Assembly: GCA_030693205.1 (NCBI GenBank)
Contig: JAUYBG010000005.1
Coordinates: forward strand, 9,017-73,016
Length of the DNA stretch: 64,000 nucleotides
From: a bacterium
GTDB lineage: Bacteria; Patescibacteriota; Minisyncoccia; JAHIHE01
Direction: 5' to 3'
This document shows, piece after piece, positions 17,995 through 27,990 of the stretch. Below the pieces are notes generated by a model. The model was not told where the DNA came from. It saw nothing but the letters and a program-made list of their open reading frames with translations, and did not search any database. How positions within the stretch are numbered: the first letter of the stretch is position 1; each line of letters begins with the position of its first letter. Made by a program: the position numbers and the translations under genes.

Positions 17995-19494
17995 ATGCCA
18001 TATTTTAAAGCTAGAAAATTAGATTTTGAGTCAGGGCATCGTCCGGAGGTGGTATTGCGGGAAGAAGAGGCGCGGCGTTATGGGATCAGAAAAGCCGATA
18101 TTTTGAAAATAGTTTGGAAAAATAAAAGTTTTTTCGCCGCGGTTAATTATACTAATTCAAAAGTCGAGGAAGGAGAGATCGGGTTTTTCCGGGAAATTTG
18201 GCAGGATAGCAAGGGCAAAGCGATGAATAGCGCGGGGATAGTGGAAGTTTCTTTGATCAAAAGGCCGGATTCGATCAAAGCGATAAAGAAAAAATTATTA
18301 GGTTCCCCATTGAACTATAAAGAAATAAAATCCATTATCAAAGATATTAGTGACGGGCTTTTGGGCGACATTGAAACGACCTATTTCGTGGCTTCAAGCT
18401 TTCGGGGTAATTTTTCCGATACGGAATTATATTATCTCACCAAAGCGATGGTTGAAACAGGGGATCGGATGAAGTTTAAAGGAATAGTTGTCGACAAGCA
18501 TTCGGTAGGCGGACTTCCGGGGAATCGAGTGACGCCGATTTTAGTTGCCATTATGGCCAGCTTGGGTTTTACTATTCCTAAAACTTCTTCGCGGGCGGTT
18601 ACTTCCCCTGCCGGCACGGCGGACACGGTTGAAGTTTTTATGCCGGTATGCCTCGAAACGTGTGATATTAAAAGAGTGGTTGAAAAAACGGGAGGATGTT
18701 TGGTGTGGGGCGGCGCGCTTCGAATCGCTCCGGCTGACGATAAGATCATAAAAGTTTCTTATCCGCTGGTGATGGAGCCTTATAATAAAATGATCGTTTC
18801 AATTATGGCTAAAAAAGTCGCCATGGGCATAAAATATCTGATTATCGATATGCCGATTGGAAGAAATACCAAAATAAAAGACAAAAAAGCCGCTGATATG
18901 ATCGAAAGAAAAATGCAGTATATTGCGGGCAAGTTTGGCATAAAATTGAAAGTTATGGTTTCTCGGGTAATTGATCCTTCCGGCCGCGGGATTGGCCCGG
19001 CTCTTGAAGCGAGGGATATACTGAGAGTTTGGCAGCAAAAAAAGGATCGGCCGATGGATCTAGAAAAGAAAGCGTTGAAAATAACTTCCGCTTTATTGGC
19101 TTTAACCGGAAAATTCAGCGAAGTTGAAGCGCAGAAAGCCGCTCGAGAAAATCTTCGGTCTTTGAAAGCTTGGGATAAAGCAAAAGAGATAATCAAGGCT
19201 CAAGGCGGGAATCCTAATATCAATTCCGAGAAAATTAAATTAGGCGCGTATCGGCACAAAGTTAAAGCCGTGAAAAATGGGCGGATCGCTATGTATGACA
19301 ATAAAGCGATCATTGAATTTTGCCGGATTTTGGGAGCGCCGTCGATCAAGCAAGCTGGCATATATTTGGATAAAGTGATCGGCAATAAGTTTAAAAAAGG
19401 CGAAACGCTTTTTACGTTGTTTGCCGATAGTCCGGATCGTCTTGATTTGGCCAAAGCGGCTTTAAAAAAAGGAAATATTTTGAAGATAGTTTAG
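17995..19494 (+). CDS. AMP phosphorylase (thymidine phosphorylase family)
   Basis: N-terminal beta extension, DKHSVGGLPGNR, PKTSSRAVTSPAGTAD, GRGIGPALEARD. Confidence 0.92.
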   Translation: MPYFKARKLDFESGHRPEVVLREEEARRYGIRKADILKIVWKNKSFFAAVNYTNSKVEEGEIGFFREIWQDSKGKAMNSAGIVEVSLIKRPDSIKAIKKKLLGSPLNYKEIKSIIKDISDGLLGDIETTYFVASSFRGNFSDTELYYLTKAMVETGDRMKFKGIVVDKHSVGGLPGNRVTPILVAIMASLGFTIPKTSSRAVTSPAGTADTVEVFMPVCLETCDIKRVVEKTGGCLVWGGALRIAPADDKIIKVSYPLVMEPYNKMIVSIMAKKVAMGIKYLIIDMPIGRNTKIKDKKAADMIERKMQYIAGKFGIKLKVMVSRVIDPSGRGIGPALEARDILRVWQQKKDRPMDLEKKALKITSALLALTGKFSEVEAQKAARENLRSLKAWDKAKEIIKAQGGNPNINSEKIKLGAYRHKVKAVKNGRIAMYDNKAIIEFCRILGAPSIKQAGIYLDKVIGNKFKKGETLFTLFADSPDRLDLAKAALKKGNILKIV

Positions 19495-19699
19495 AAGACA
19501 ATGTTTCTTTGACACTATAACCGAATATAATTTAATTTTTATACTGCGGGGATTAGTCATTGATTTTTTATTACAATATATAAATTGTTTTGGCAATTGA
19601 GCGTGTGTTCATTGGTTATGTTTTTTACTCACTAATCCATGTCCTCGTAAAAAAATTAAAATATATTCGGTTTTTTTAATTATTTATTAAAAAATTAAT

Positions 19700-20233
19700 A
19701 TGACAAATTTTATAGTTCCGATTCTGGGAATTTCGGCATTATCCTTGTTCGCTTTTTGTTATTTTATTTTTACTTTTTTATTTGTTTATGCGTTGCTTTT
19801 TGGGGCGCCATATGTGCCAATTCCGAAATACGGTCTTGATAAAATGATCGAATATGCTAATGTTAAGTTTGGCCAGAAAGCGGTGGATCTGGGGAGCGGC
19901 GACGGAAGGATTATGATCGCTTTGGCCAAAGTCGGCGCAGTTGTGCATGGCTATGAAATCAATCCTTTATTGGTTTTATGGACTAAATGGAAAATTAAGA
20001 AAGAGGGGCTGGAAGGCAGAGCCTTCGTGCACTTGAAGAGTTTTTGGGATACAGACCTGTCCTCTTTTGATATTGTGACTCTTTTTGGTGTCAGAAAAAT
20101 TATGGGACGGCTCGAGGAAAAATTAAATAAAGAATTAAAGCCTGGCGCGAAGATCATTTCTTTTGGATTTTCTTTTTACGGCTGGGAATATTTAAAAAAA
20201 GAGCAGGCGACGTTTTTGTATGAGAAAAAATAA
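19700..20233 (+). CDS. Membrane-anchored class I SAM methyltransferase (FAM173-like)
   Basis: N-terminal TM, GAPYVP, DLGSGDGR, GYEINP. Confidence 0.85.
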   Translation: MTNFIVPILGISALSLFAFCYFIFTFLFVYALLFGAPYVPIPKYGLDKMIEYANVKFGQKAVDLGSGDGRIMIALAKVGAVVHGYEINPLLVLWTKWKIKKEGLEGRAFVHLKSFWDTDLSSFDIVTLFGVRKIMGRLEEKLNKELKPGAKIISFGFSFYGWEYLKKEQATFLYEKK

Positions 20234-20235
20234 TT

Positions 20236-21192
20236 ATGGAAAACTTCTGGAAAAAATTAAAGCATCCGATAATTGCTTTGGCGCCGATGGCGGGAATTAC
20301 CGATCAGCCCTTCCGGCAGATTTGCAGGGGCTATGGCGCGGATGTGGTATATTCGGAAATGGCCAGTACGAGTGCGATTTTCTACAATAAGAAAAAAACC
20401 ATCGGTATTACGCGTTTTAACAGCAAAAAAGAAAGTCCGTATGTGGTACAGCTCTTCGGCGATAAACCGGAGCATTTTTTGTTTGCGGCAAAAATTATCG
20501 CCAAGCAGATCAGGCCTGACGGAATTGATATAAATTTCGGCTGTCCGGCGCGGAAAATCATCGCTTGCGGGTCGGGCGCGGTTTTGATGGATAATATAAA
20601 ATTGGCCCGTGAAATAATCGAGGCTACACTGGAAGGCGTGGCCGGAAAAATCCCGGTTTCAATAAAGATTCGCGCCGGTGTGAAAAAAACTACAGCGTTG
20701 GATTTTATAAAAAAAATCAAGGATTTGCCGATTAGCGCGATTATGATCCACGGCCGGACATTGGAGCAGGGCTTTACTGGAACGCCGGATTATGAGATGA
20801 TAAGAAAAATTAAAGAGGCGGTGGATATTCCGGTTTTAGCCAATGGAGGGATTTTGAAGCCGGAAGACGCGAAAAATATGCTTGAAAAGACCGGAGCGGA
20901 CGGAATTGGCCTTGCCCAGGGAGTTTTAGGCAAGCCATGGCTTTTTAAACAAGTGAAAGATTATTTGACCAAAGGTTCGTATGCCGAATTTGAATTATCG
21001 GAAATAAAAAAAGTGGCGATCAAGCATGCTGAGATGATGTATAAAAAACGAGGCAAGCAAGGGGTGATCGAAATGCGAAAACACTTAGCCTGGTATTTTA
21101 AAGGATTTTCCGGCGCCAGCGAGCTGAGGCAGAAATTAGTGCATGTAAAAACAATTAGTGAAATTAAAAAAATACTAAATACTATTTTATGA
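20236..21192 (+). CDS. dusB: tRNA-dihydrouridine synthase (DusB family)
   Basis: LAPMAGITD, DINFGCP, IHGRT, ANGGI, EMRKH. Confidence 0.9.
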   Translation: MENFWKKLKHPIIALAPMAGITDQPFRQICRGYGADVVYSEMASTSAIFYNKKKTIGITRFNSKKESPYVVQLFGDKPEHFLFAAKIIAKQIRPDGIDINFGCPARKIIACGSGAVLMDNIKLAREIIEATLEGVAGKIPVSIKIRAGVKKTTALDFIKKIKDLPISAIMIHGRTLEQGFTGTPDYEMIRKIKEAVDIPVLANGGILKPEDAKNMLEKTGADGIGLAQGVLGKPWLFKQVKDYLTKGSYAEFELSEIKKVAIKHAEMMYKKRGKQGVIEMRKHLAWYFKGFSGASELRQKLVHVKTISEIKKILNTIL

Positions 21193-22151
21193 TCATTGAT
21201 GAAGTGAAAATCAAGATTTCAGCCGGAAAAGGCGGCGACGGCATGGTGGCTTTTGATCGCAGTAAATTCAGCCAAGGGCCAAGCGGCTCCAAAGGCGGCG
21301 ACGGCGGAAGTGTTTATCTGGAAGGAGTTTCCAATCTCAACGCTCTGAGCCAGTTTCGTTTTACGAAAGATTTTGCCGCCAAAGACGGAGAAGGTGGAAA
21401 ATCTCGCCGGCTGGACGGTGCGCGCGGCGAAGAACTGGTGCTAAAAGCTCCGGTAGGTACTATTGCGCATAATCTTACAACAGGGAAAGATATGGAAGTT
21501 GTTGAGGTCGGACAGCGGTTGCTTTTAGCGCGCGGGGGAAAAGGCGGAAGAGGCAATTGGTATTTCCGTTCTTCTACCAATGTTACTCCGAAAGAGTTTG
21601 AGAGGGGAACGCTGGGAGAGAATTTTGATATAGTTTTGGAGTTGCAGCTTATAGCCGACGTAGGATTGATTGGTTTGCCCAATGCCGGTAAGTCCAGCCT
21701 GATAAATCTTTTAACCAGAGCGGGGTCAAAAGTTGCTCCTTATGCTTTTACCACTCTCGAACCGGTTCTTGGCGCTTTTTTTGATATTGTTATTGCGGAT
21801 ATTCCCGGTTTAATTGAAGGAGCGGCGGCGGGAAAAGGCTTGGGCATAAAATTTTTGCGCCATATTAAGCGGACAAAAGTTTTATTCCATTGTATTTCTT
21901 CGGAGTCGGAAAATTTAACTCGAGATTATAAGACCATAAGAGAAGAATTGCAAAAATACGATTCCGATTTGGCGAAAAAACAAGAATATGTTTTACTGAC
22001 CAAGACAGATCTGGTTGATGCGAAGGAAGTAACTAAAAAAATAAAGGAATTAAAAAAAGTCAATCCCGAAGTGCATCCTCTTTCAATTTATGACGAAAAA
22101 AGCATTGAAAAAATAAAGAATTTATTGAGTAAGATAAAAATACAAAAATAA
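21189..22151 (+). CDS. obgE: GTPase ObgE (short, no C-terminal domain)
   Basis: Gly-rich Obg fold, GLPNAGKSS, YAFTTLEP, DIPG, TKTD. Confidence 0.95.
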   Translation: MIIDEVKIKISAGKGGDGMVAFDRSKFSQGPSGSKGGDGGSVYLEGVSNLNALSQFRFTKDFAAKDGEGGKSRRLDGARGEELVLKAPVGTIAHNLTTGKDMEVVEVGQRLLLARGGKGGRGNWYFRSSTNVTPKEFERGTLGENFDIVLELQLIADVGLIGLPNAGKSSLINLLTRAGSKVAPYAFTTLEPVLGAFFDIVIADIPGLIEGAAAGKGLGIKFLRHIKRTKVLFHCISSESENLTRDYKTIREELQKYDSDLAKKQEYVLLTKTDLVDAKEVTKKIKELKKVNPEVHPLSIYDEKSIEKIKNLLSKIKIQK

Positions 22152-22285
22152 AATTTTCAGCCACTTGCTAATAATTGTATAAATAAGTATAATACCTCTA
22201 TACATTATATTTTTAAGAATTAAATATTTTTAAAATTTAGCATTTTTATTAAAATGTTAAATTGTTAAAATATTGAAACGGGTTT

Positions 22286-22477
22286 ATGAGAATTAAAATT
22301 GATCGGGAACTTTGCATCGGCGACGGCTCCTGCGCCTCAATCGCCCCAAAAACTTTTAAATTGGATTTGGAAGGTAAAGCGGTAGTGATCGATGATTACG
22401 GCGATGATGACGAAACAATTAAAATGGCCATTGAGTCATGTCCGGTGCAGGCGATTGTCATAGAAGATGAAAAATAA
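22286..22477 (+). CDS. Monocluster ferredoxin
   Basis: CIGDGSC...CPVQAI. Confidence 0.9.
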   Translation: MRIKIDRELCIGDGSCASIAPKTFKLDLEGKAVVIDDYGDDDETIKMAIESCPVQAIVIEDEK

Positions 22478-22557
22478 GCAAAACGCAGAATTTGTCGTTG
22501 ACTTATCGGTTTATTTGGGTTTTTAAAGCAAATCCAAGTGTTTTTTCGCCAAAGCTA

Positions 22558-22586
22558 TTGACTAAATATAGATTATAGGGTAATAT
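22558..22586 (+). promoter_or_regulatory. Promoter for typA
   Basis: TTGACT-17-TAATAT. Confidence 0.55.
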
Positions 22587-22666
22587 TTAATAATCATCCG
22601 CCAATGGGCGGACTGATTTTAATTTTAGTTTAAAGTAGAGAAAAAAGAACAGAAAGTGCATTTATT

Positions 22667-24490
22667 ATGACCATTAAAACCACACAACCAAATATCCGCA
22701 ATGTTGCCATTATCGCTCACGTTGATCATGGTAAAACCACCCTGGTAGACGGTTTGCTCAAACAAACCGGGACTTTTCGCGTTGGGCAGGAAGTGGCTGA
22801 ATGTATTATGGATTCCAATGTGCTGGAGCGTGAGCGCGGGATCACTATTTTGGCCAAAAATGCGGCGGTGAATTATAAAGGCGTAAAAATAAATATTATT
22901 GATACTCCGGGACATGCGGATTTTTCCAGCGAAGTGGAAAGAGTTTTAAAAATGGCGGAAGGTGTCTTGCTTTTGGTCGACGCGGCCGAAGGTCCTTTGG
23001 CGCAGACAAGATTTGTTTTAAGCAAAGCGCTTCAACTAGGACTTCAGCCAATCGTGGTAATAAATAAAATTGACAGAAAAGATGCCAGAGTTGAAGAAAC
23101 CCTGGATCTGATCTATGAATTATTCATGGATTTGGGAGCAAACGACAAACAGCTGGAGTTTCCAATTATTTATGCGATCGCGCGCGAAGGAATTGCCAAG
23201 ACCTCAATGACCGAAGATTCCAAAGACTTAACCCCTCTTTTAGACAAGCTTATAGAATATATACCAGCGCCGCAAGTATCAGATGAAGGTCCTTTGCAAG
23301 TTATGATCACGGGACTGGATTATAATGATTTTGTCGGCAGGATCGGTATTGGTAAAGTTGTGCGCGGAAAGATCAAGGCCGGAGAAAAAGTCGCTTTGAT
23401 CAATATTAAAGGCGAGATAAAAAATTATCCGATAACCAAGCTTTATTCTTTTGATAAAATGGGAAAATGCGAAGTGCCGGAAGTATCGGCGGGCGATTTA
23501 ATGGCTTTGGCCGGTATTGGGGAAATATCAATCGGCGATACAGTGGCGAGTGTTGAAAAGCCGGAAGCGCTGGAACGAATTAAAGTGGAAGATCCGACGA
23601 TCACTATGGATTTTATAACTAATGATGGTCCGTTTGCCGGCCGCGAAGGAAAACTTATTACTTCCAGGCACTTACGAGACAGACTAACGAAAGAACTGGA
23701 AAGCAATGTCGGATTGAAAGTGGAAGAAACTGATTCGGCCAAAGCATATAAGGTTTCCGGCCGGGGAGTATTGCATTTGGGAGTATTGGTTGAGAATATG
23801 CGCCGCGAAGGCTATGAAGTGGCGCTTTCCAAACCGCAAGTTATTTATAAGGAAGTAAACGGCGAGAAACTGGAGCCAATGGAGGAGCTTCACGTCAATG
23901 TACTTGACCCGGATGCGGGAAAAGTTATCGAGCTTGTCGGAAAAAGAAGAGGCGAGATGAGCAATATGAAATCGCATTTGGGGCATACGGATCTGAATTT
24001 TACGATCAGTTCGCGCGGACTTATCGGGTTTCGCTCGGAATTTATTATGATCACTCATGGTACCGGTACGATGGATCACAGGTTTACCGAATATGGAAAA
24101 GTAAAAGGCGATATTCCTTTCCGGACGAACGGCGTAATGGTTTCGATGACCGGCGGAAAGGTTTTGGCCTATGCTCTGGATCTACTGCAACAGCGGGGAA
24201 AGATGTTCGTGAAACCGGGAGACGAAGTTTATGAGGGTTTAATTGTCGGTTTGCGGCCGGAATCCGGCGACCTGGCAGTCAATCCTTGCAAAGCAAAACA
24301 TGTTTCAAATGTCCGAAAATCAGGCGGCGAAGAGGCGATCGTGCTGGTTCCGCCGGAAGAAATGACGCTGGAAAAAGCCATTGAATTCATTGATGACGAT
24401 GAGTTGGTGGAAGTAACGCCGAAAAGCATTAGATTAAGAAAAAAATTGCTTACCGATAACGCGAGAAGAAGGCAGGAAAAAGAACAATAG
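22667..24490 (+). CDS. typA: Translational GTPase TypA/BipA
   Basis: AHVDHGKTT, ERERGITI, DTPGHADF, NKID, VEVTPKSIRLRK. Confidence 0.97.
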   Translation: MTIKTTQPNIRNVAIIAHVDHGKTTLVDGLLKQTGTFRVGQEVAECIMDSNVLERERGITILAKNAAVNYKGVKINIIDTPGHADFSSEVERVLKMAEGVLLLVDAAEGPLAQTRFVLSKALQLGLQPIVVINKIDRKDARVEETLDLIYELFMDLGANDKQLEFPIIYAIAREGIAKTSMTEDSKDLTPLLDKLIEYIPAPQVSDEGPLQVMITGLDYNDFVGRIGIGKVVRGKIKAGEKVALINIKGEIKNYPITKLYSFDKMGKCEVPEVSAGDLMALAGIGEISIGDTVASVEKPEALERIKVEDPTITMDFITNDGPFAGREGKLITSRHLRDRLTKELESNVGLKVEETDSAKAYKVSGRGVLHLGVLVENMRREGYEVALSKPQVIYKEVNGEKLEPMEELHVNVLDPDAGKVIELVGKRRGEMSNMKSHLGHTDLNFTISSRGLIGFRSEFIMITHGTGTMDHRFTEYGKVKGDIPFRTNGVMVSMTGGKVLAYALDLLQQRGKMFVKPGDEVYEGLIVGLRPESGDLAVNPCKAKHVSNVRKSGGEEAIVLVPPEEMTLEKAIEFIDDDELVEVTPKSIRLRKKLLTDNARRRQEKEQ

Positions 24491-24505
24491 AATTTTGAAT
24501 AATAT

Positions 24506-24530
24506 AAAAGAGCGGCGGATCCGCTTTTTT
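24506..24530 (+). terminator. Intrinsic terminator
   Basis: AGCGG-CGGAT-CCGCT-TTTTT. Confidence 0.7.
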
Positions 24531-24541
24531 ATTATTTATTA

Positions 24542-24569
24542 TTGACATTTGTATAATATCTGCTATAAT
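24542..24569 (+). promoter_or_regulatory. Sigma70 promoter
   Basis: TTGACA-16-TATAAT with TGn extension. Confidence 0.7.
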
Positions 24570-24630
24570 GAAAAGTCTTTCAAAACGATCATAAAATTGT
24601 AATTTAAAAGACAAAACAGGAGGGAATTTG

Positions 24631-25002
24631 GTGAGAAAAAAGAATGGGTATAAGTATAGGCCACTATCGACACATGTACTATTTGATGAAGCGACTGTCG
24701 TCGCAATCGGTCAGATGTTTAATGAGGAGGATCCCGATCAAATAAAATTTTTTGAGAAAAATATTCGCGCGTATTATTCAGAGCAAGATTGTCCTCTTGT
24801 GCTGGAAGCAATGCAAGAAGTAAAAAATGAAACAAAGGGAACAGATATAAAGAGAGTGGAATTTATTGCAAGCGTGAATAGGCGGTATGAAAAAAAGCTT
24901 GAAAAAAGGATAAAAGAAAGAAATAGAAGAAAAAATTTAAAAAAACGCAGAGCAAAGAAGAGAAAAGGCGGGGCAAAAAGCCTCAGTAGTCAAAACCTTT
25001 GA
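24631..25002 (+). CDS. Hypothetical protein with highly basic C-terminus
   Basis: SD AGGAGGGA at 24618, GTG start, own promoter. Confidence 0.6.
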   Translation: MRKKNGYKYRPLSTHVLFDEATVVAIGQMFNEEDPDQIKFFEKNIRAYYSEQDCPLVLEAMQEVKNETKGTDIKRVEFIASVNRRYEKKLEKRIKERNRRKNLKKRRAKKRKGGAKSLSSQNL

Positions 25003-25093
25003 TCTTCTTTTTTATTTTGACACCTTAACAAATTATTGCTACCATATAATAAAATCATACTTTTTTATTATATTTAAGACATAACACAAAACT

Positions 25094-26416
25094 ATGCTCG
25101 ATATAAGATTTATCAGAGAAAACAAAGAAGAAATCAAAAAAGCGGCAAAGAATAAGCATGTTGATTTGGATTTGAAGCGGCTTTTGGCGCTTGATGATAA
25201 ACGTTTGAAAGCTATGCAAGAAGTTGAAGGCTTGCAGGCGGAAAAGAACAAGATCAATGATTCCATTCGCTCGGCGAAAAATAAGAACGAGAGGGCTAAA
25301 ATTATCGCAGGGGGAAAGAAAATTAAAAGCAAGATTGATCTGGTGGAGCCGGATTATAATAAGATTTTAAGCGAATACAATTCCTTAATGATAAAAGTTC
25401 CGACTATTCCTTCAGCTGATACGCCGATAGGAAAGGGCGAAGAGGATAATAAGGAAGTTTATGTTTGGGGAGAGAAGCCAAAATTCGACTTCAAGCCGAA
25501 AGACCATATTGAGATCGGAAAAAACCTGGATCTTTTAGATTTGGAGCGCGGCAAGAAGGTGGCCGGTTATCGGGGTTATTACTTGAAAAACGAAGGCGCG
25601 CTTTTGGCGATGGGGCTTATGATGTACGCGCTTAAAAAAATGGTTCAAAGTGGATATACGCCGATAATCCCACCGACTCTAGTGAAAGGCGGAGCGCTTT
25701 TTGGCAGCGGGTATTTCAAAGGATTGGAATATAGTGATGAAGTAGATGAAATATATCAGATTGCCAGTCAGGATAAAGAGGTGGATGGTGCAGCTAGCAA
25801 AGAAAGGAAATTTTTAGTGGGTACATCAGAGCCGTCGCTTTTGGCATATTATGGGGGAGAGGTTTTGGAGGAGAAAAATTTACCGCTTAAAATGACAGGC
25901 TATAGTCAATGTTATCGAAGCGAGATAGGAAGTTATGGCCGGGATACGAAAGGAATTTATCGCGTTCATGAATTTATGAAAGTAGAACAGGTGGTATTTT
26001 GCAAGGCTGATAAAAAAGAGGCGGAGAAATTACAAGATGAAATGTTGGGTATTTCTCAGGAAATCTTGGAAGACTTGGGCTTGCCGTATCGAAAAATTAT
26101 TATTTGCACCGGGGATCTGAGTGCCGGCAAGTATCGGCAATACGATCTGGAAGTGTGGCTGGCGGCGAATAGCTGGTATCGGGAGAGCGGTTCGGCAAGT
26201 ATTTTTCTGGACTGGCAGTCGCGCCGTTTGGACGTGAAGTATAAGGATGCGAATGATAAAAAGCAATATGTTTATATGCTGAATAACACCGCCATTGCCA
26301 CGCCGCGTGTTTTGATTGGGATTTTGGAAAATTATCAGCAGAAAGATGGAACGGTGCGGGTGCCGAAAGCGCTCGTGGAATATGTGGGGAAAGAGATAAT
26401 AAGGCCGAGAAAATAA
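25094..26416 (+). CDS. serS: Serine-tRNA ligase
   Basis: MLDIRFIR, TSE, YRSEIGSYGRD...RVHEF.KVE, LNNTAIATPR. Confidence 0.97.
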   Translation: MLDIRFIRENKEEIKKAAKNKHVDLDLKRLLALDDKRLKAMQEVEGLQAEKNKINDSIRSAKNKNERAKIIAGGKKIKSKIDLVEPDYNKILSEYNSLMIKVPTIPSADTPIGKGEEDNKEVYVWGEKPKFDFKPKDHIEIGKNLDLLDLERGKKVAGYRGYYLKNEGALLAMGLMMYALKKMVQSGYTPIIPPTLVKGGALFGSGYFKGLEYSDEVDEIYQIASQDKEVDGAASKERKFLVGTSEPSLLAYYGGEVLEEKNLPLKMTGYSQCYRSEIGSYGRDTKGIYRVHEFMKVEQVVFCKADKKEAEKLQDEMLGISQEILEDLGLPYRKIIICTGDLSAGKYRQYDLEVWLAANSWYRESGSASIFLDWQSRRLDVKYKDANDKKQYVYMLNNTAIATPRVLIGILENYQQKDGTVRVPKALVEYVGKEIIRPRK

Positions 26417-26447
26417 GAATTTGATTCTAATAAATAATCTTACAAAT

Positions 26448-27008
26448 ATGGAACAATTCGAAACTTTTCTAAGCAATTTTTTAAAAAACTACGGAAACGG
26501 AATTTTTTGGATTTTGATTCTGATAATTTTTGACAGAGTTTTTTTAAAGATAGCGGTGAAGCGGTTAGTTAAGCTGATTATTAAATTTGATTTTAGTAAA
26601 AACGGCGCGAAAGAAAAATTAGAGATGAAAATGAAAACACTGGGAGGCGTGGCGGTTAATACAGGGAATATGCTGATTCTGTTTGCCATTGTTTTGATTT
26701 TACTGCGGATGTTCAAAGTTGACACGGGACCGGTTTTGGCAGGAGCCGGCATTATCGGATTGGTTATAGGTTTTGGAACCCAATCCTTAATCAAGGACTT
26801 CGTGTCGGGACTTTTTATTTTAATAGAGAATCAATATAATGTCGGCGATCGGGTGAAAATCGGGACATTTGAAGGCAAGGTTAAAAAAATCACGATACGC
26901 TCCACGATTTTAGAAGATAATGAAGGCAGGATTATTTATTTGCCTAACGGAATCATTACCACGGTTATAAATTATTCACAAGGTTTGCCGCCCGGGAAAA
27001 CGGCTTAA
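26448..27008 (+). CDS. Small MscS-family mechanosensitive channel
   Basis: GAGIIGLVIGFGTQSLIKDFVSG, GDRV, PNG; lacks the C-terminal cage. Confidence 0.85.
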   Translation: MEQFETFLSNFLKNYGNGIFWILILIIFDRVFLKIAVKRLVKLIIKFDFSKNGAKEKLEMKMKTLGGVAVNTGNMLILFAIVLILLRMFKVDTGPVLAGAGIIGLVIGFGTQSLIKDFVSGLFILIENQYNVGDRVKIGTFEGKVKKITIRSTILEDNEGRIIYLPNGIITTVINYSQGLPPGKTA

Positions 27009-27012
27009 TTTT

Positions 27013-27990
27013 ATGATTTGGCTTTACATCCTAATTTTTATAATTTCTTGCATTCTGCTTTATTTTTCCGGAGAACTTTTAGTTGGAAGCCTGACAAGAA
27101 TAGCCAAATTCATGGGCTGGAAGGAATTCGTAGTCGCTTTTTTATTAATGGCTTTTGCAAGTTCCCTGCCTAATCTTTTTGTTGGTGTTTTTTCGGCTTT
27201 GCACGGAGTCCCCCAGCTTTCTTTCGGCGATGTTTTGGGAAATAATATGGTAGCTATGACCTTGGCCGTAGGTTTGGCAGCTTTCTTTTCCCATACCGGA
27301 ATTCCAGGCAATAGCCAAACGATTCAAACAACGGCGGTTTTCGTTTTAGTCTCTGCGATTCTGCCTTTGCTTTTGTCGGCGGACGGAATCCTTTCAAGGG
27401 TTGATGGCGTTTTACTCATATCTTTTTTTGTGTTTTACCTTTATTGGCTCTTTTCAAAAAAAGAAAGATTTTCACGAGTTTATAACGGCGAACATAGCGC
27501 TTGTATTTACTCAAAGGTTTTAAGTATTTACAAAGACTTGGGCAGGGTAATTATAGCGGCAGTTTTCATAATAATTGCGGCCGAAGGAATCGTAAAATCA
27601 GCTGCTTTTTTTTCCTTTACTTTTAATTTGCCGCTGATTTTAATCGGAATTTTTATTACCGGACTGGGAAATGCCTTGCCGGAAATATATTTTACCGTAG
27701 CTTTGGCTAAGAAAGGGCATAACTGGATGATTTTGGGAACTTTGATGGGTGCTGTTATAATACCCGCTACTTTAGTTTTAGGAATTGTCTCTTTAATACA
27801 TCCGATTGAAATTATTAATTCTTCATACGGAGTTATCGCAAGATTATTTTTAATTATTGCGTCTTTATTCTTCTTTTTCTCGGTGCTAACCGGAAAAAGA
27901 ATTACGAAAAAGGAAGCTTTGGTTTTACTGGGACTCTACTTTATTTTTATCTTAGTCGCAATCGCCGTAGGAACATATGAAAATATTTAA
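27013..27990 (+). CDS. Sodium/calcium antiporter (YrbG/CaCA family)
   Basis: Two alpha repeats (ASSLPN...GNN; GNALPE), about 10 TM. Confidence 0.85.
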   Translation: MIWLYILIFIISCILLYFSGELLVGSLTRIAKFMGWKEFVVAFLLMAFASSLPNLFVGVFSALHGVPQLSFGDVLGNNMVAMTLAVGLAAFFSHTGIPGNSQTIQTTAVFVLVSAILPLLLSADGILSRVDGVLLISFFVFYLYWLFSKKERFSRVYNGEHSACIYSKVLSIYKDLGRVIIAAVFIIIAAEGIVKSAAFFSFTFNLPLILIGIFITGLGNALPEIYFTVALAKKGHNWMILGTLMGAVIIPATLVLGIVSLIHPIEIINSSYGVIARLFLIIASLFFFFSVLTGKRITKKEALVLLGLYFIFILVAIAVGTYENI

